Positions 52,128-64,000 of a stretch of 64,000 bases of DNA are shown here, one piece after another. This DNA comes from Octopus sinensis (taxonomy: Eukaryota), in NCBI RefSeq assembly GCF_006345805.1, contig NC_043005.1:2542001-2606000 (forward strand). Reading direction: 5' to 3'. How positions within the stretch are numbered: position 1 is the stretch's first letter; each line of letters starts with the position of its first letter. The notes beneath the pieces were generated by a model. It had not been told where the DNA came from. It saw nothing but the letters and a program-made list of their open reading frames with translations, and made no database searches. Both the position numbers and the translations under genes were made by a program.

Positions 52128-54673
52128 CCCCAAAAAGTTCTACCAAGAACTGGGAAAAAATAAAATAGAAGTCACTGCAGCACCAACGGCAGAAGAATTG
52201 GAAGAATTCTGGAGAGAAATATGGTCGGCGAACGAACAGCCAAAAAAAGGAGTATCAAAATAACAAACTCGGCATCTGAACACTTTGGACCCCATAACAA
52301 CTGAAGAGGTCACCCAGGCACTGCAAAAACTAAGCAACTTGAAGGCACCTGGGCATGACAAGATCCCCAACTTCTGGTTGAAATATCTAACGGAATGCAC
52401 AAAAAGCTGGCTGAAAACTTTAACAGCATACTAGCAGAGCCAGAGACAATGCCTGAATAGCTCACAAGGGAAAAACCATCTTAATTCCCAAATCAAATGA
52501 AACAGCAAAACCAGAAAACTACAGACCAATAACCTGCCTCCCTACTATGTTCAAGGCATTTACTGCAGTTATATCGCAAAGGCTGAACAAGCACCTGGAC
52601 GAAAACAAACTGTTCCCAGAAGAGCAGAAAGGATGCCGCAAAGGCTCATATAGCTGTAAAGATCAACTAATGATTAATAAAGCCGTAACTGAAGACAGCC
52701 ACAGAAAGAAGAAAGGCCTCAGTATGGCCTGGATTGACTACAAAAAGGCGTTTGATAGCATCCCCCACACATGGATCCTCGAAACACTAGCCATTAACAA
52801 AGTAGCACCAACAATCATAAAATTCATAGAGCACTCTATGAATAAATAGCAAACAGTCCTACACCTCCAAACAAAAGAGGGACTCATGAAAACCAAAGAC
52901 ATCCCCATTAGAAGAGGAATATTCCATGGAGACAGCGCTCTCCCACTCCTTTTCTGCTTGGCACTGTCACCTCTATCTGATATGCTAAGTAGAACTGGAT
53001 GCGGATATAAATGTTACGGCAAATGATCAGCCACCTTTTATATATGGATGACCTAACTATACGCTGCAAATGACAAACAGCTGAAACACTATTAAAGACA
53101 GTTCATGGATTTACCAAAGAAATAGATATGAAATTTGGATTAGAAAAATGCGCCAAAGTAACCATGAAAAGAGGAAAACTAGTTAAGAGTAACAACATCA
53201 CACTAGATAAAACCAATGAATAAAAGAATTAGACCAAAGCCAAACTTACAAATACTTAGGAATCCATGAACTAGATAAGACACAACACACACAAATGAAA
53301 GAGAAAATAAAAAGAATATTATAGACGAGTTGATCAATACTAAAAACAGGCTCAATGCTAAAAACAAGATAATAGGTATCAACACTTTAGCTGTCCCAGT
53401 TATAAGTTACAGCTACAATATCCTTAACTGGACACGAAATGAACTGTCCAAAATAGATAGGAAAACAAAAAAATACTGACAGGATCTAGATGCATCACCC
53501 AAAATCTGACATAGAAAGACTATATACAACGTATAGAAGGTGGTAGAGGCCTTATACAGCTGGAAAACTACTATAAAATAACCACCATAGGACTGCAAAA
53601 ATACTCTACTCAGAAGGAAGGAAAACTGATCCAGATAGCAGCAAAACACGAGCAAACAAAAACTGTTCTCAGTATTTAAGGAAGCTTACAAATACAAACA
53701 AGAAATCATACCACCTAATAAACACGAAGAAGAAGAAGATGATGATGAAGAAACACAAAAGCTATAAACAAATGAAATCCAAACTAAAATAGAACAGCAA
53801 CGAACCATGATAAAACGATGGCAAGAAAAGCCCCTTCATTGTCAATACTGCACTAAACTAAACGCAAAAGAAATAGACAAAGAAAAATCTCAACAATGGT
53901 TGAGAAGCTCAGGACTCAAAGCAGAGACAGAGGGATTTTTAATTGCAGCACAAGACCAAAGCCTCCCCACCAGAATTACCAAAAACATGTAATGAAAAGA
54001 AATATTACAAGTAACTGCAGAATATGCAGATGGACAAGAAACAATAAATCATATTATCTCTAGCTGCCCAGTCCTGGCTAAGAAGGAATATTCACAGACA
54101 TGACAGAGTTGGAACCTACATACATTGGAAGCTATGCCAACATTATGGAATAACAACAGAAAAAAGATGGTATAGGCACACACCATAAAAGGTCCAGAAA
54201 CCGAGAAAGCAACCATACTCTGGATATGCCGATACACACAGATAGAGAAATTAAGGCCAACAGACCAGATATAGTTGTCAGAGATCATGAAGAAAAAAAT
54301 GCTTTCTAATTGATGTATCAATACCGGCAGATGACAACGTGTCTCTAAAAGAAATGGAGAAACTCTCAAAACCAAAGACCTGGAAATAGAGGTAACTAGA
54401 ATGTGGAATCTGAAAACAGAAACAATTCCTATCATAGTAGGTGCATTAGGCATGATAAAAAAATATTCAGACTAATACATAACAAAAACACCAGGACTTA
54501 CAACACATATAACATACAGAAAATTGCACTACTAGGCACTGCACACATCCTACGCAGAACACTTTCCATACAATAACCATCAGAGCATCACACAAATCAC
54601 AGCACATACCCAAGGCACACAGAGCTGCGCTTGGTAGTGAAGTGAAAGCACGCTATAAAAATAAAACTACTGA

Positions 54674-54675
<2 letters not shown>
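52128..54675 (+). mobile_element. R4/Dong family A, 5'-truncated, 2.5 kb
   Basis: FWREIWS, APGHDKIPNFWLK, RT, CCHC, RLE, 3' UTR. (TAA)n on both sides; many 1-bp deletions. Confidence 0.95.
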
Positions 54676-54705
<30 letters not shown>

Positions 54706-54902
54706 TAATAATATAATAATATAATAAAATAATAATTATAATAATAATATAATAATAATAATATAATAATAATAATAATAATGATAATGATGATGATGTT
54801 GATGATATGATGATGATGATGATGGATGATGATGATGATGATGATGATGATAATAATAATAATAATAATAATATAATAAAATAATAATAATAATACTATA
54901 AT

Positions 54903-55295
54903 AAATATCTAACAGAATGCACAAAAAGCTGGCTGAAAACTTTAACAACATACTGGCAGAGCCAGAGACAATGCCTGAATGGCTCACGAAGGGGAAAACC
55001 ATCTTAATTCCCAAATCCAATGAGACAGCAAAACCAGAAAACTACAGACCTTTAACCTGTCTCCCAACAATATACAAAGTTTTTACTGCAGTAATATCAC
55101 AAAGATTGAACAAGCACCTGGAGGAAAACAACCTGTTTCCAGAAGAGCAGAAAGGATGCCGCAAAGGCTCATATGGCTGTAAATGAACAATCTGGGGTAT
55201 TTATTCTAATGGCCTACCAATGTATACAATGAGTTTCTCTGCCCTATGTGCCAGGAAGACACCCGGCAAGAAATTGGGACAGAACTGAAAAAAGA
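54903..55295 (+). mobile_element. Family A RT fragment fused to a family D-type 3' UTR
   Basis: PEWLTKGKTILIPK...GSYGCK to 55183, then GGCCTACCAAT...GGAAGACACCCGGCAAG matching 59750-59815. Confidence 0.8.
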
Positions 55296-55303
55296 TAATA
55301 ATA

Positions 55304-55360
<57 letters not shown>

Positions 55361-55366
55361 ATTATT

Positions 55367-57032
55367 AAAGGTATTAACACTTTAGCCGTCCCAGTTATAA
55401 GTTACAGCTACAATATCCTTAACTGGACACTAATGAACTAAGCAAAATAGATAGGAAAACAAGAAAAATAATGACAGGATCTAGGATGCACCGCCCCAAA
55501 TCTGACATTGAAAGGCTATATATACAACGTATAGAAGGTGGTAGAGGCCTTATAAAGCTGGAAAACTATTATAAAATAACCACCATCGGACTGCAAAAAC
55601 ACCTACTTCAGAAGCAAGGAAAACTGATACAAATAGCGGCAAAACACGAGCAAAACAAAAAACTGTTCTCAGTATTTAAGGAAGCTGACAATACAAACAA
55701 GAAATCATACCTCCTAACAATATGAAGAGGAAGAAGAAGAAAAAGAAGAAGAAAAGAAGAAGAAGAAGAAGAAGAGAAGAAGAGAAGAAGAAGAAGAAGG
55801 AAGAGAAGAAAAAAGAGGAAGAAAAGAAGAAGAAGAAGAAGAAGAAGAAAAGAAGAGGAAGAAAAGAAGAGGAAGAAAAAGAAGAAGAAGAAGAAAAGAA
55901 GAAGAGGAGAAAAGAAGAAGAAGAAGAAGAAGAAGAGGAAGAAAAAGAAGGAAGAAAAGACGAAGAAGAAGAAGAAGAAGAAGAGGAAGAAAAAGAAGAG
56001 GAAGAAAAAGAAGAAGAGAGAAGAAGAAGAGGAAGAAAAAGAAGAGGAAGAAGAAGAGAAGAAGAAGAAGAAGAAGAAGAAGAAGAAGAAGAAGAAGAAG
56101 AAGAAGAAGAAGAAGAAGAAGAAGAAGAAGAAGATACAACAAAAGCTATAAAACAAATGAAATCCAAACTAGAACAGCAACGGACCATGATAAAACGATG
56201 GCAAGAAAAACTAAATGCAAAAGAAATAGACAATGAAAAATCCCAGCAATGGTTGAGAAACTCAGGACTCAAAGCAGAGACGGAAGGATTTTTAATTGCA
56301 GCACAAGACCAAAGCCTCCCCACCAGAAATTACTAAAAACATGTAATGAAAAGAAATATAACAAGTAACTGCAGAATATGTGCAGATGGACAAGAAACAA
56401 TAAATCATATTATCTCTGGCTGCCCAGTCCTGGCTAAGAAGGAATATATTCACAGACACGACAGAGTTGACACCTATATACACTGGAAGCTATGCCAACA
56501 TTATAGAATAACAACAGAAAAAAGATGGTATAGGCACACGCCTGAAAAGGTCACAGAAAACGAGAAAGCAACCATACTGTGGGATATGCCGATACACACA
56601 GATAGAGAAATTAAGGCCAATAGGCCAGATATAGTTGTCAGAGATCATGAAGAAAAAAATGCTTTCTAATTGATGTATCAATACCGGCAGATGACAACGT
56701 GTCTCTAAAAGAAATGGAGAAACTCTCAAAATACAAAGACCTGGAAATAGAGGTAACTAGAATGTGGAATCTGAAAACAGAAACAATTCCTATCATAGTA
56801 GGTGCATTAGGCATGATAAAAAAATATTCAGACAAATACATAACAAAAACACCAGGACTTACAAACACATATAACATACAGAAAATTGCACTACTAGGCA
56901 CTGCACACATCCTACGCAGAACACTTTCCATACAATAACCATCAGAGCATCACAACAAATCACAGCACATACCCAAGGCATACAGAGCTGCGCTCGGTAG
57001 TGAAGTGAAAGCACGCTATAAAAATAAAACTA

Positions 57033-57037
<5 letters not shown>
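55367..57037 (+). mobile_element. R4/Dong family A 3' half with expanded (GAA)n
   Basis: INTLAVPV, GGRGLI, CCHC, RLE, 3' UTR, (TAA)n tail. Confidence 0.95.
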
Positions 57038-57087
<50 letters not shown>

Positions 57088-59200
57088 TAATTTTCTTATG
57101 GTTTCTTAAATATTCTCTAGAACAACACTGTACAAAACCAAATATATGCCACCCTAGGCATAATACCAACATGAACTTCCAACTTGTTGTCTCTTGAGGT
57201 CTCTGGGTGAGACTTGGAGCCAACTTGTACAAATGTAAAGCAAAAGTAAAACATAAAATAATAAATATATCTGAGTAAGTATAAAGATCTTGAAATAGAA
57301 ATCGGCAAAATGTGGAACCTCAAGTTTGAAACAATACTTGTTGTCATAGGAATGATTGGAAAAGGGGTTAATTGCTATTGTAGCAAGCAAGTTGTAAACG
57401 GCCGTAATATGACGTGATGGTCACGTTGCCCGAACAAGTATAATTCTTAGATTCCGATTGGTTAAAATTATTGCCCATATTTGAATTCTAAACTTTCGTC
57501 AAAGAGAAATCTTTCACGAAATACGTTTCTTAGTATTCAGGTCTGAGTAGTTATAAAAACCCTGATTTTGGGGAAATTAATCTGTCCGTTGGTTGTCACT
57601 CATCTCCACGACACTTCTTTGAGATATTGGCTATTTTTATGCTATGTCTATAACTTAAATCCAACAAGACTTATTTGAATTGTTGTGTAAACTCGAGTAG
57701 TTTAGTATGAAAGAATTAGCTAGTATAAATTTTATGTCATAATTCTCTACGACAAATTTCTTTGACTTCTAAATGTACTGTAAATATTAAATGCACGTAA
57801 CTAAACTAATGTAGTAAATATTTTCTCTGCCTTCACTTTTTTCAATCTGTTAATGAAATTTATTTCTGCAATTATGAAACTATGTGTTCTTTTTATATCG
57901 GTTAAAAGAACACGAATTTATTTATCTTCAACATACATGCACGTTCAATATGTCCGTTAAGTGTCATGACATATATATTTCTCTTCGGCGTTTATGTAAC
58001 TTGAGTTAGGATCTATGTATAGTGATAATACTAATAATTAAGTTATAAGTGGCGGGTTTATCAATATAGTTTCTCACTCAGGAAATAAAATATATTTATT
58101 ATCTATTCCAAGTCGAAACCACATAAATAAGATAAAATATACCCTTACAAAAGTGGTATCCAGTTACCGTTATAAAAGTGGTGACGCTTGTGAAAAATAT
58201 ACAAAATTTCAAATAGAAAATAGACGACAGTTTCATTACACAAAATTTTATTAACGGAAATATTTTATATTAAAAGTTGAAGGGAAAAAAAAGAAATAAA
58301 CAATAATAGTTGTAAGAAGTTTTAACTGCACTTTCAAGCAAACTAGATTTATACTTCATAGTTGTTGAAAGTATTATTTCACCAAGTGAAAAATTTTTTT
58401 TTTTGAAAATTTTAATAAATTTGAATGGAAGAAAATATTAAAGAGTTTGAAATGTCTTATTTCGATAAAGGATATAGGCAAGCTTCTACGACAGTTTTAT
58501 CTCCTGCTTGGATGGGAGATGCCATTATCTGGTTTGCTCACTTAGAAGCAAGTTTTGCAGTAAACAGAATAACAACAGAGGCACAAAAATATAACATTGT
58601 CAAGTAACTTACCACCAGCTATGAGCAATGAAATTAGGGACTTATTAATAGATCCTACCGAACGATTTTCCTATTCTTCCGTAAAGGAATGGATACCAAA
58701 AGAGGACTTCCAACTCCAAACAAAAACAATTTGCTAAACTGTTCAATAACGAACAACTGGGCGACATGAAACCTACTCGACTTCTTCGTAGAATGAAAGG
58801 TTTCTCTTTCCCGAAAGTTTAGAATTCAAATATGGGCAGTGATTTTAACCAATGGGAAACTAAAAATTACACTTGTTCGGACAACATGACCATCACGTCA
58901 TATTACCGCCGTTTGCGACTTACTTGCTACACTATCTAGCTCAGATGCCAGGAAATCCCAAAATGGCAGAAATTCAAAAAATATTGCTCGTGGGAACTGC
59001 ACATATCTTACGTAAAGTACTGTCTATGTAATCTCAAATTTTAATACAAACTCATAATAATTTTCTTAAACATTCACTAGAACAATACTATGTTCAAAAC
59101 CAAATATATGACACCCTAGGCATAACACCAATATGAACTTCTAACTTGTCTCTGGATGAGACTTGGAGTCAACTTGTACAAATACAAAGTAAAAGTCAAA
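57088..59200 (+). mobile_element. R4/Dong family C 3' fragments, the second interrupted at 57379-58931
   Basis: 3' UTR at 57088-57260, then SKYKDLEIEIGKMW...KGVNCY | insertion | LAQMPGNPKMAEIQK...LSM* and a 3' UTR. Confidence 0.85.
57379..58931 (+). mobile_element. Gypsy-like LTR + gag fragment bounded by 138-bp inverted repeats, 4-bp TSD
   Basis: TGTAGCAAG...CTTGCTACA termini with CTAT on both sides. Putative LTR end TTACA at 58149 followed by TGG PBS-like motifs. Gag-like PAW..D..IWFAHLEASF...IT....KY, EIRDLL, EQLGDMKPTRLLRRM. Confidence 0.8.
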
Positions 59201-59201
59201 A

Positions 59202-59276
<75 letters not shown>

Positions 59277-59278
<2 letters not shown>

Positions 59279-59840
59279 TTTTCTAACTGAAGGAGAAAAT
59301 GTAACCATTCTGTGGGACTTTCCAGTACATACAGACCGAACCATCAAGGCCAATAAACCAGATATTGTTGTGAAAGACCAAAACAATAAAGTTTGCTTAT
59401 TGATCGACATGAGCATCCCCTGTGATCATAATATCTCAGCGAAAGAGTTTGACAAGCTCAGAAAGTATAAAGACCTACTCATTGAAATTGAGAAAATGTG
59501 GCATCTCAAGGCGGTTACAATACCAGTGATCGTAGGAGCACTAGGAATGATCAAGAAGGGAACCGAAAATTATATGAGAATGATCCCTGGCTTACCATCC
59601 CTGCAAGAAGTGCAAAAGATTGTCTTAACTGGTACATCACACGTATTGAGAAGAGCATTGTCGATGTGAGAACTGTTGCTGCTCATGTATTTTAATTTAA
59701 CTTTAAAAAAAAAAATTAAAAAAATGAACGAACTACTGAGTTTGGTTTAATGGCCTACCAATATACACTATGAGTTTCTTTGCCCTAGGAGTCGGGAAGA
59801 CACTCGGCAAGAGATGGAAGAAAATTTGAAAGAAGAAGAA
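59277..59840 (+). mobile_element. R4/Dong family D, 3' end (RLE)
   Basis: ILWDFPVHTDRTIKANKPDIVV...IDMSIP...KLRKYKDL...LRRALSM*. (TAA)n flanks. Confidence 0.9.
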
Positions 59841-59865
59841 AAATAATAATAATAATAATAATAAT

Positions 59866-61173
59866 AGAGAAAGAAATGACAGAAAAATTGAAGGTGGAGT
59901 ACTTGCGCAGACTACTGAGACTGATCCTTAAGTCGAAATTAAACGACCGAAATAAGATTGAACCTGGGCGGTTTCACTCCTCAGATATGGAGCAGGAGTA
60001 ATCGCATGGACAGTAGAAGAACTAAACAGCTTAGACAGAAAGACAAGGAAGTTGCTAACTAGATATGGGATACTCCACCCAAAAGGTGACACAGACAGAC
60101 TGCATGTACCAAGAAAAAGAGGGGGAAGAGGGCTGATTGGATGCGAACACAGCATTAGAGCAGAAGAAAACAACATAGCACGGTATCTAGAAAATGCCAC
60201 AGAACCGCTATTATTGGAAGTAGGAAGGTCAGGTTTGTGTAGGATGAAAGATAGCAAAGATAAAGTACTATACAAGAAATTGAAAACGAATGAAACTGAA
60301 AATAGGTGGGTAAAGAAAAGAATGCATGGTCAATTTCATAGGGATGTTGAAGATAAGACAGACAGAGAAAAAAGATGGTTGTGGATGACTAAAATGGATT
60401 TAAAACCGGAAACGGAGGCTCTAATCTGTGCTGCCCAAGAGCAAGCACTAAAAACAAACTACATAAAATACAGAATAGACAACACAGCAGAAAGTGATAA
60501 GTGTAGAATCTGTGGACAAACCGGTGAAGCCATATGGCGTATTAGCAGCCAATGTACGCCACAAACCAAGAAGGAATATAAGAGACACCACGACAATATA
60601 GCCAGGCTTTTCCATTGGACACTTTGCAACAAGTATGGACTTGAAAGAGCAAAAAATCCGTACGACCACAAACCTGAAGGCATCTTTGAAAAATGGAAAT
60701 GTAGAGATCCTATGGGATTTTATGATACAGTGTGACCATGAGATTGAGAATAGGAAACCGGACATAGTGTTAATTGAGAAAGAAAAGAAACTATGCTGGA
60801 TCATAGATATTGCATGCCCAGCTGACAACAAGGTATGCGATAAAGAAGAAAGAAAAGTCAAGAGATTTGACAGGTTAGCTTGGGAAGTTAAGCAGTTGTG
60901 GTCGATGAGAAAGGTAGCAGTAGTACCAATGCAGTTGTGGTCGATGAGAAAGGTAGCATTAGTACCAATAATTGTCGGAGCCCTGGGAACAGTGAGCAAA
61001 AATCACGTGAAGTATGTGGAACGAAAAGGGGCTGCAATACGGGTGGAGCACTTGCAGAAAACAGAACTGCTTGGAACCGCTCGAATACTCCGGAAGGTGC
61101 TCGAAAAATAAGAGGTGTTACCATAGTTCACTGGTAGTGAACAGCTGACACTGTAGTACATCTCCAGCGTTAG
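59866..61173 (+). mobile_element. R4/Dong family B, 3' 1.3 kb
   Basis: GGRGLIG, MHGQF, CRIC, KPDIV, IDIACP, LRKVLEK*. Internal 39-bp tandem duplication near 60891-60970. Confidence 0.92.
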
Positions 61174-61261
61174 ATGATGACGATGATGACAATAACAACA
61201 ACAACAAAACAATAATAATAATAATTATTATTATTATTATAATAGTAGTAGTAATAATAAT

Positions 61262-61343
<82 letters not shown>

Positions 61344-61355
61344 GTAATAATAATA

Positions 61356-61394
<39 letters not shown>

Positions 61395-61560
61395 TAATTT
61401 TGTTTTTTTTTAGACATTCACTAGTACAACACCAAAAAAAAAACAAATATATGGCACACTTGGCATAACAACAACATGAACTTCCAACCTGTTGTCTCTT
61501 GAGGTCTCTGGGTGAGACTTGGAGCCAACTTGTACAGACATAAAGCAAAAGTCAAACATA
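61395..61560 (+). mobile_element. R4/Dong family C, 3' UTR only
   Basis: Matches 7983-8140 (reverse) and 57090-57260. Lies between long (TAA)n tracts. Confidence 0.85.
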
Positions 61561-61616
<56 letters not shown>

Positions 61617-61648
61617 TAATAATAATAATAATTATAATAATAGTAGTA

Positions 61649-61686
<38 letters not shown>

Positions 61687-61702
61687 TATAATAATAGTAG
61701 TA

Positions 61703-61787
<85 letters not shown>

Positions 61788-61806
61788 TATAGTAATAGTA
61801 GTAGTA

Positions 61807-61890
<84 letters not shown>
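61561..61890. repeat. (TAA)n microsatellite
   Basis: Direct reading. Confidence 0.95.
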
Positions 61891-61891
<1 letters not shown>

Positions 61892-62359
61892 AAAAAGAAA
61901 GAAAAACAATAAATCGATGTGTAAGTAAATAAGTTATTGATAAAATATTGAATATCGGAGTTTTCTTCCAAATTCCAGAAATTTGCCATTCTACCCACAA
62001 TGCAGCGGGGTTGGGGTTCTGAAGAGTGTATAAAGAGAATTGATTCTCTCACCTTGTTGTTTAAACACACCTGATCATACTTCATCTCTTTCGTTCTTTA
62101 TTTGATTTCGTTTTCCTTTCTCTTCATTCTCCCTCCTCTTCCTTCCCCTATCCTATTCTTCCCCTATCCTCCATATTCTATTTTCTGTCCTTGTTATTCC
62201 TGCCATTCTTAGTCAGCCAATTCCGAACTCCTTTAATTTTTTTCCTTTTCATTTCTTCTTTTTCCAGTTTCTTTTCTTCTTTTTTTAAAAATTTCTTTCT
62301 TTCTTTCTTTCAATCGCCGGTTGATTCTTTATATTTCTTTTCATTCTTATTTTTTTATT

Positions 62360-62685
62360 GCATGTATGTATGTGTATATGTGTATGTGTATGTGGATATA
62401 TGCCTGTATGTATGATTGTATGTTTGTATGTATGTACATAGGTATGTATGTATGTATGTATGTATGTATGTATGAATGAATGTGTATATATGTATGTGTG
62501 TATGCTTGTATGTATGTACGTACGTACGTATGTATGTATGTATGTATGTATATATGTATGTATGTATGTGTGTGTATGTACGTATTTATATATGTACGTA
62601 CGTACATGTATGTATGTATGTATGAATGTATGTAAGTATGTATGTATGTATGTATGTATGTATGTATATATGTATGTATGTATGT
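62360..62685. repeat. (TATG)n array
   Basis: Direct reading. Confidence 0.95.
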
Positions 62686-62689
62686 GTGT

Positions 62690-63150
62690 TGTGTCAGGTC
62701 ACTTTCGAGTGCTACTGGTAAGATGTAATCCAGTACGACTTGTTGCATGGTCTGGTCGTTGGCGACTAAACTGGCAACCCCACCAAGCTTGCTTGGTGAA
62801 GAGGGTGTTTATTGGACACCCTGCGGGATGAAAAACAAAACCCGTCAGAGGGCGGAGGAACTCTTGAGAGTCAACGGCCATCCAATAAATGTCTTAAGGC
62901 TGTATCATGCGCGGAGACATAGAAATAATCGGACTGAATACCCGATCACGCGGTTAAACCATTGGGAGTGAAGGACTCCTAGCTTTTGTTAGGGCATCCT
63001 TCTAGGAGAAGATAACTCAGGTAACTGGGATAACTCCGACATAAAACCTGCGGCTCAGTGGTTACCGATGATGTTGACTTGTTCTTCTTTTCGGATTATG
63101 GCTGCTGTTGCTTAGTGAGTGGTATTGACTCAGTGCACAGCCTTTCCTCA
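62690..63150 (+). mobile_element. Probable RTE-type 5' UTR-derived repeat
   Basis: GC-richer non-coding block containing TAGGGCATCCTTCTAGGAGAAGATAACTC, resembling the GGGCAACCAGTCTAGGAGAAGG..AACTC motif of RTE 5' UTRs (recalled, not aligned). Confidence 0.45.
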
Positions 63151-63639
63151 CTTTAAAAAAAAAATCTTCTTGCACAGGCATTGCACGATAACAACATTGA
63201 TTAAGCTTCGTGCAATGGTCATACTCGATAACGAGGGGGAAGCCACCATGTATGTATGTATGTATGTATGTATGTATGTATCTATGTGTGTATGTATGTA
63301 TGTGCAGAATTTGTATGTTTTATGTATGTATTCTCGTGCATATAGTTGCATATCTAGACATGCTCATATATATTTAAATGATAAACGTCTGGAAAGTTTT
63401 ACAGATTTTAAATATTTTTAGAATAAATTTTGACCGGCCAAAACTTGGCAACAAGAAAACATCTTGGTTTGTTCGTCATCCTTTAAATCTTAAAAAGGTC
63501 TTACAGCTTTTTATGGTCCCAGACATTGTAATCATTTGTATGAATTAAGGATTTGCGTTCTCTCCCCAAGAACCCGAATTCAACCATACTTTGCACCAAA
63601 TGGATCGGCATGTATCCTGTTGCTCCGATAATAATGAGC

Positions 63640-63878
63640 TGAAATACAGACTAGACATCACAGCAGAAAGTGATAAGTGTAGAATCTGTGGACAAAACAG
63701 TGAATCCATATGGCGTATTAGCAGCCAATGTACGCCACAAACCCAGAAGGGATTGAGAAAGAAAACAAACTATGCTGGATCACAGATATTGCACGCCCAG
63801 CTGACATCAAGGTGTGCGATAAAGAAGAAAGAAAAGTCGAGAGATATGACAGGTTAGCTTGGGAAGTTAAGCAGTTGT
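63640..63878 (+). mobile_element. R4/Dong family B fragment with internal deletion
   Basis: AESDKCRICGQ...QCTPQTQK joined directly to IEKENKLCWI.DIA.PAD. Confidence 0.85.
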
Positions 63879-64000
63879 ATTGATAGTCTGTATAATGAGC
63901 TGAAAGTCTTATCTTGGATAATGGATTTACAAATTACTTATTAATGGTCCACGAATGCACTCTTTCTATTGCATTTTTCTAATGAAGACTATATATGTAT

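Overview
Repeat-saturated, AT-rich eukaryotic DNA with no confidently identifiable host gene; the SINE and LINE repertoire suggests an octopus genome (inference). Most long ORFs in the track are microsatellite artefacts. The window is dominated by R4/Dong-clade (restriction-like endonuclease) non-LTR retrotransposon fragments from at least 4 families. They are stacked in (TAA)n tracts, on the minus strand at 7.7-30 kb and the plus strand at 50-64 kb. Also present: a full-length DD37D (maT) transposon, mariner fragments and MITEs, RTE 5' UTRs, an L1/Tx1 3' end, several tRNA-derived SINEs, Penelope-like remnants, a ~9 kb polypurine array, two tandem duplications and a 100-N gap. Highlights: (1) a 1.55 kb Gypsy LTR+gag element bounded by 138-bp inverted repeats with a 4-bp TSD; (2) two degenerate minimal hammerhead ribozyme loci; (3) a ~10 kb multi-family Dong stack whose 3' UTRs appear to share one RNA fold; (4) a length-variable (GAA)n poly-Glu tract inside the Dong ORF. 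All assignments are by-eye motif recognition, with no database searches.
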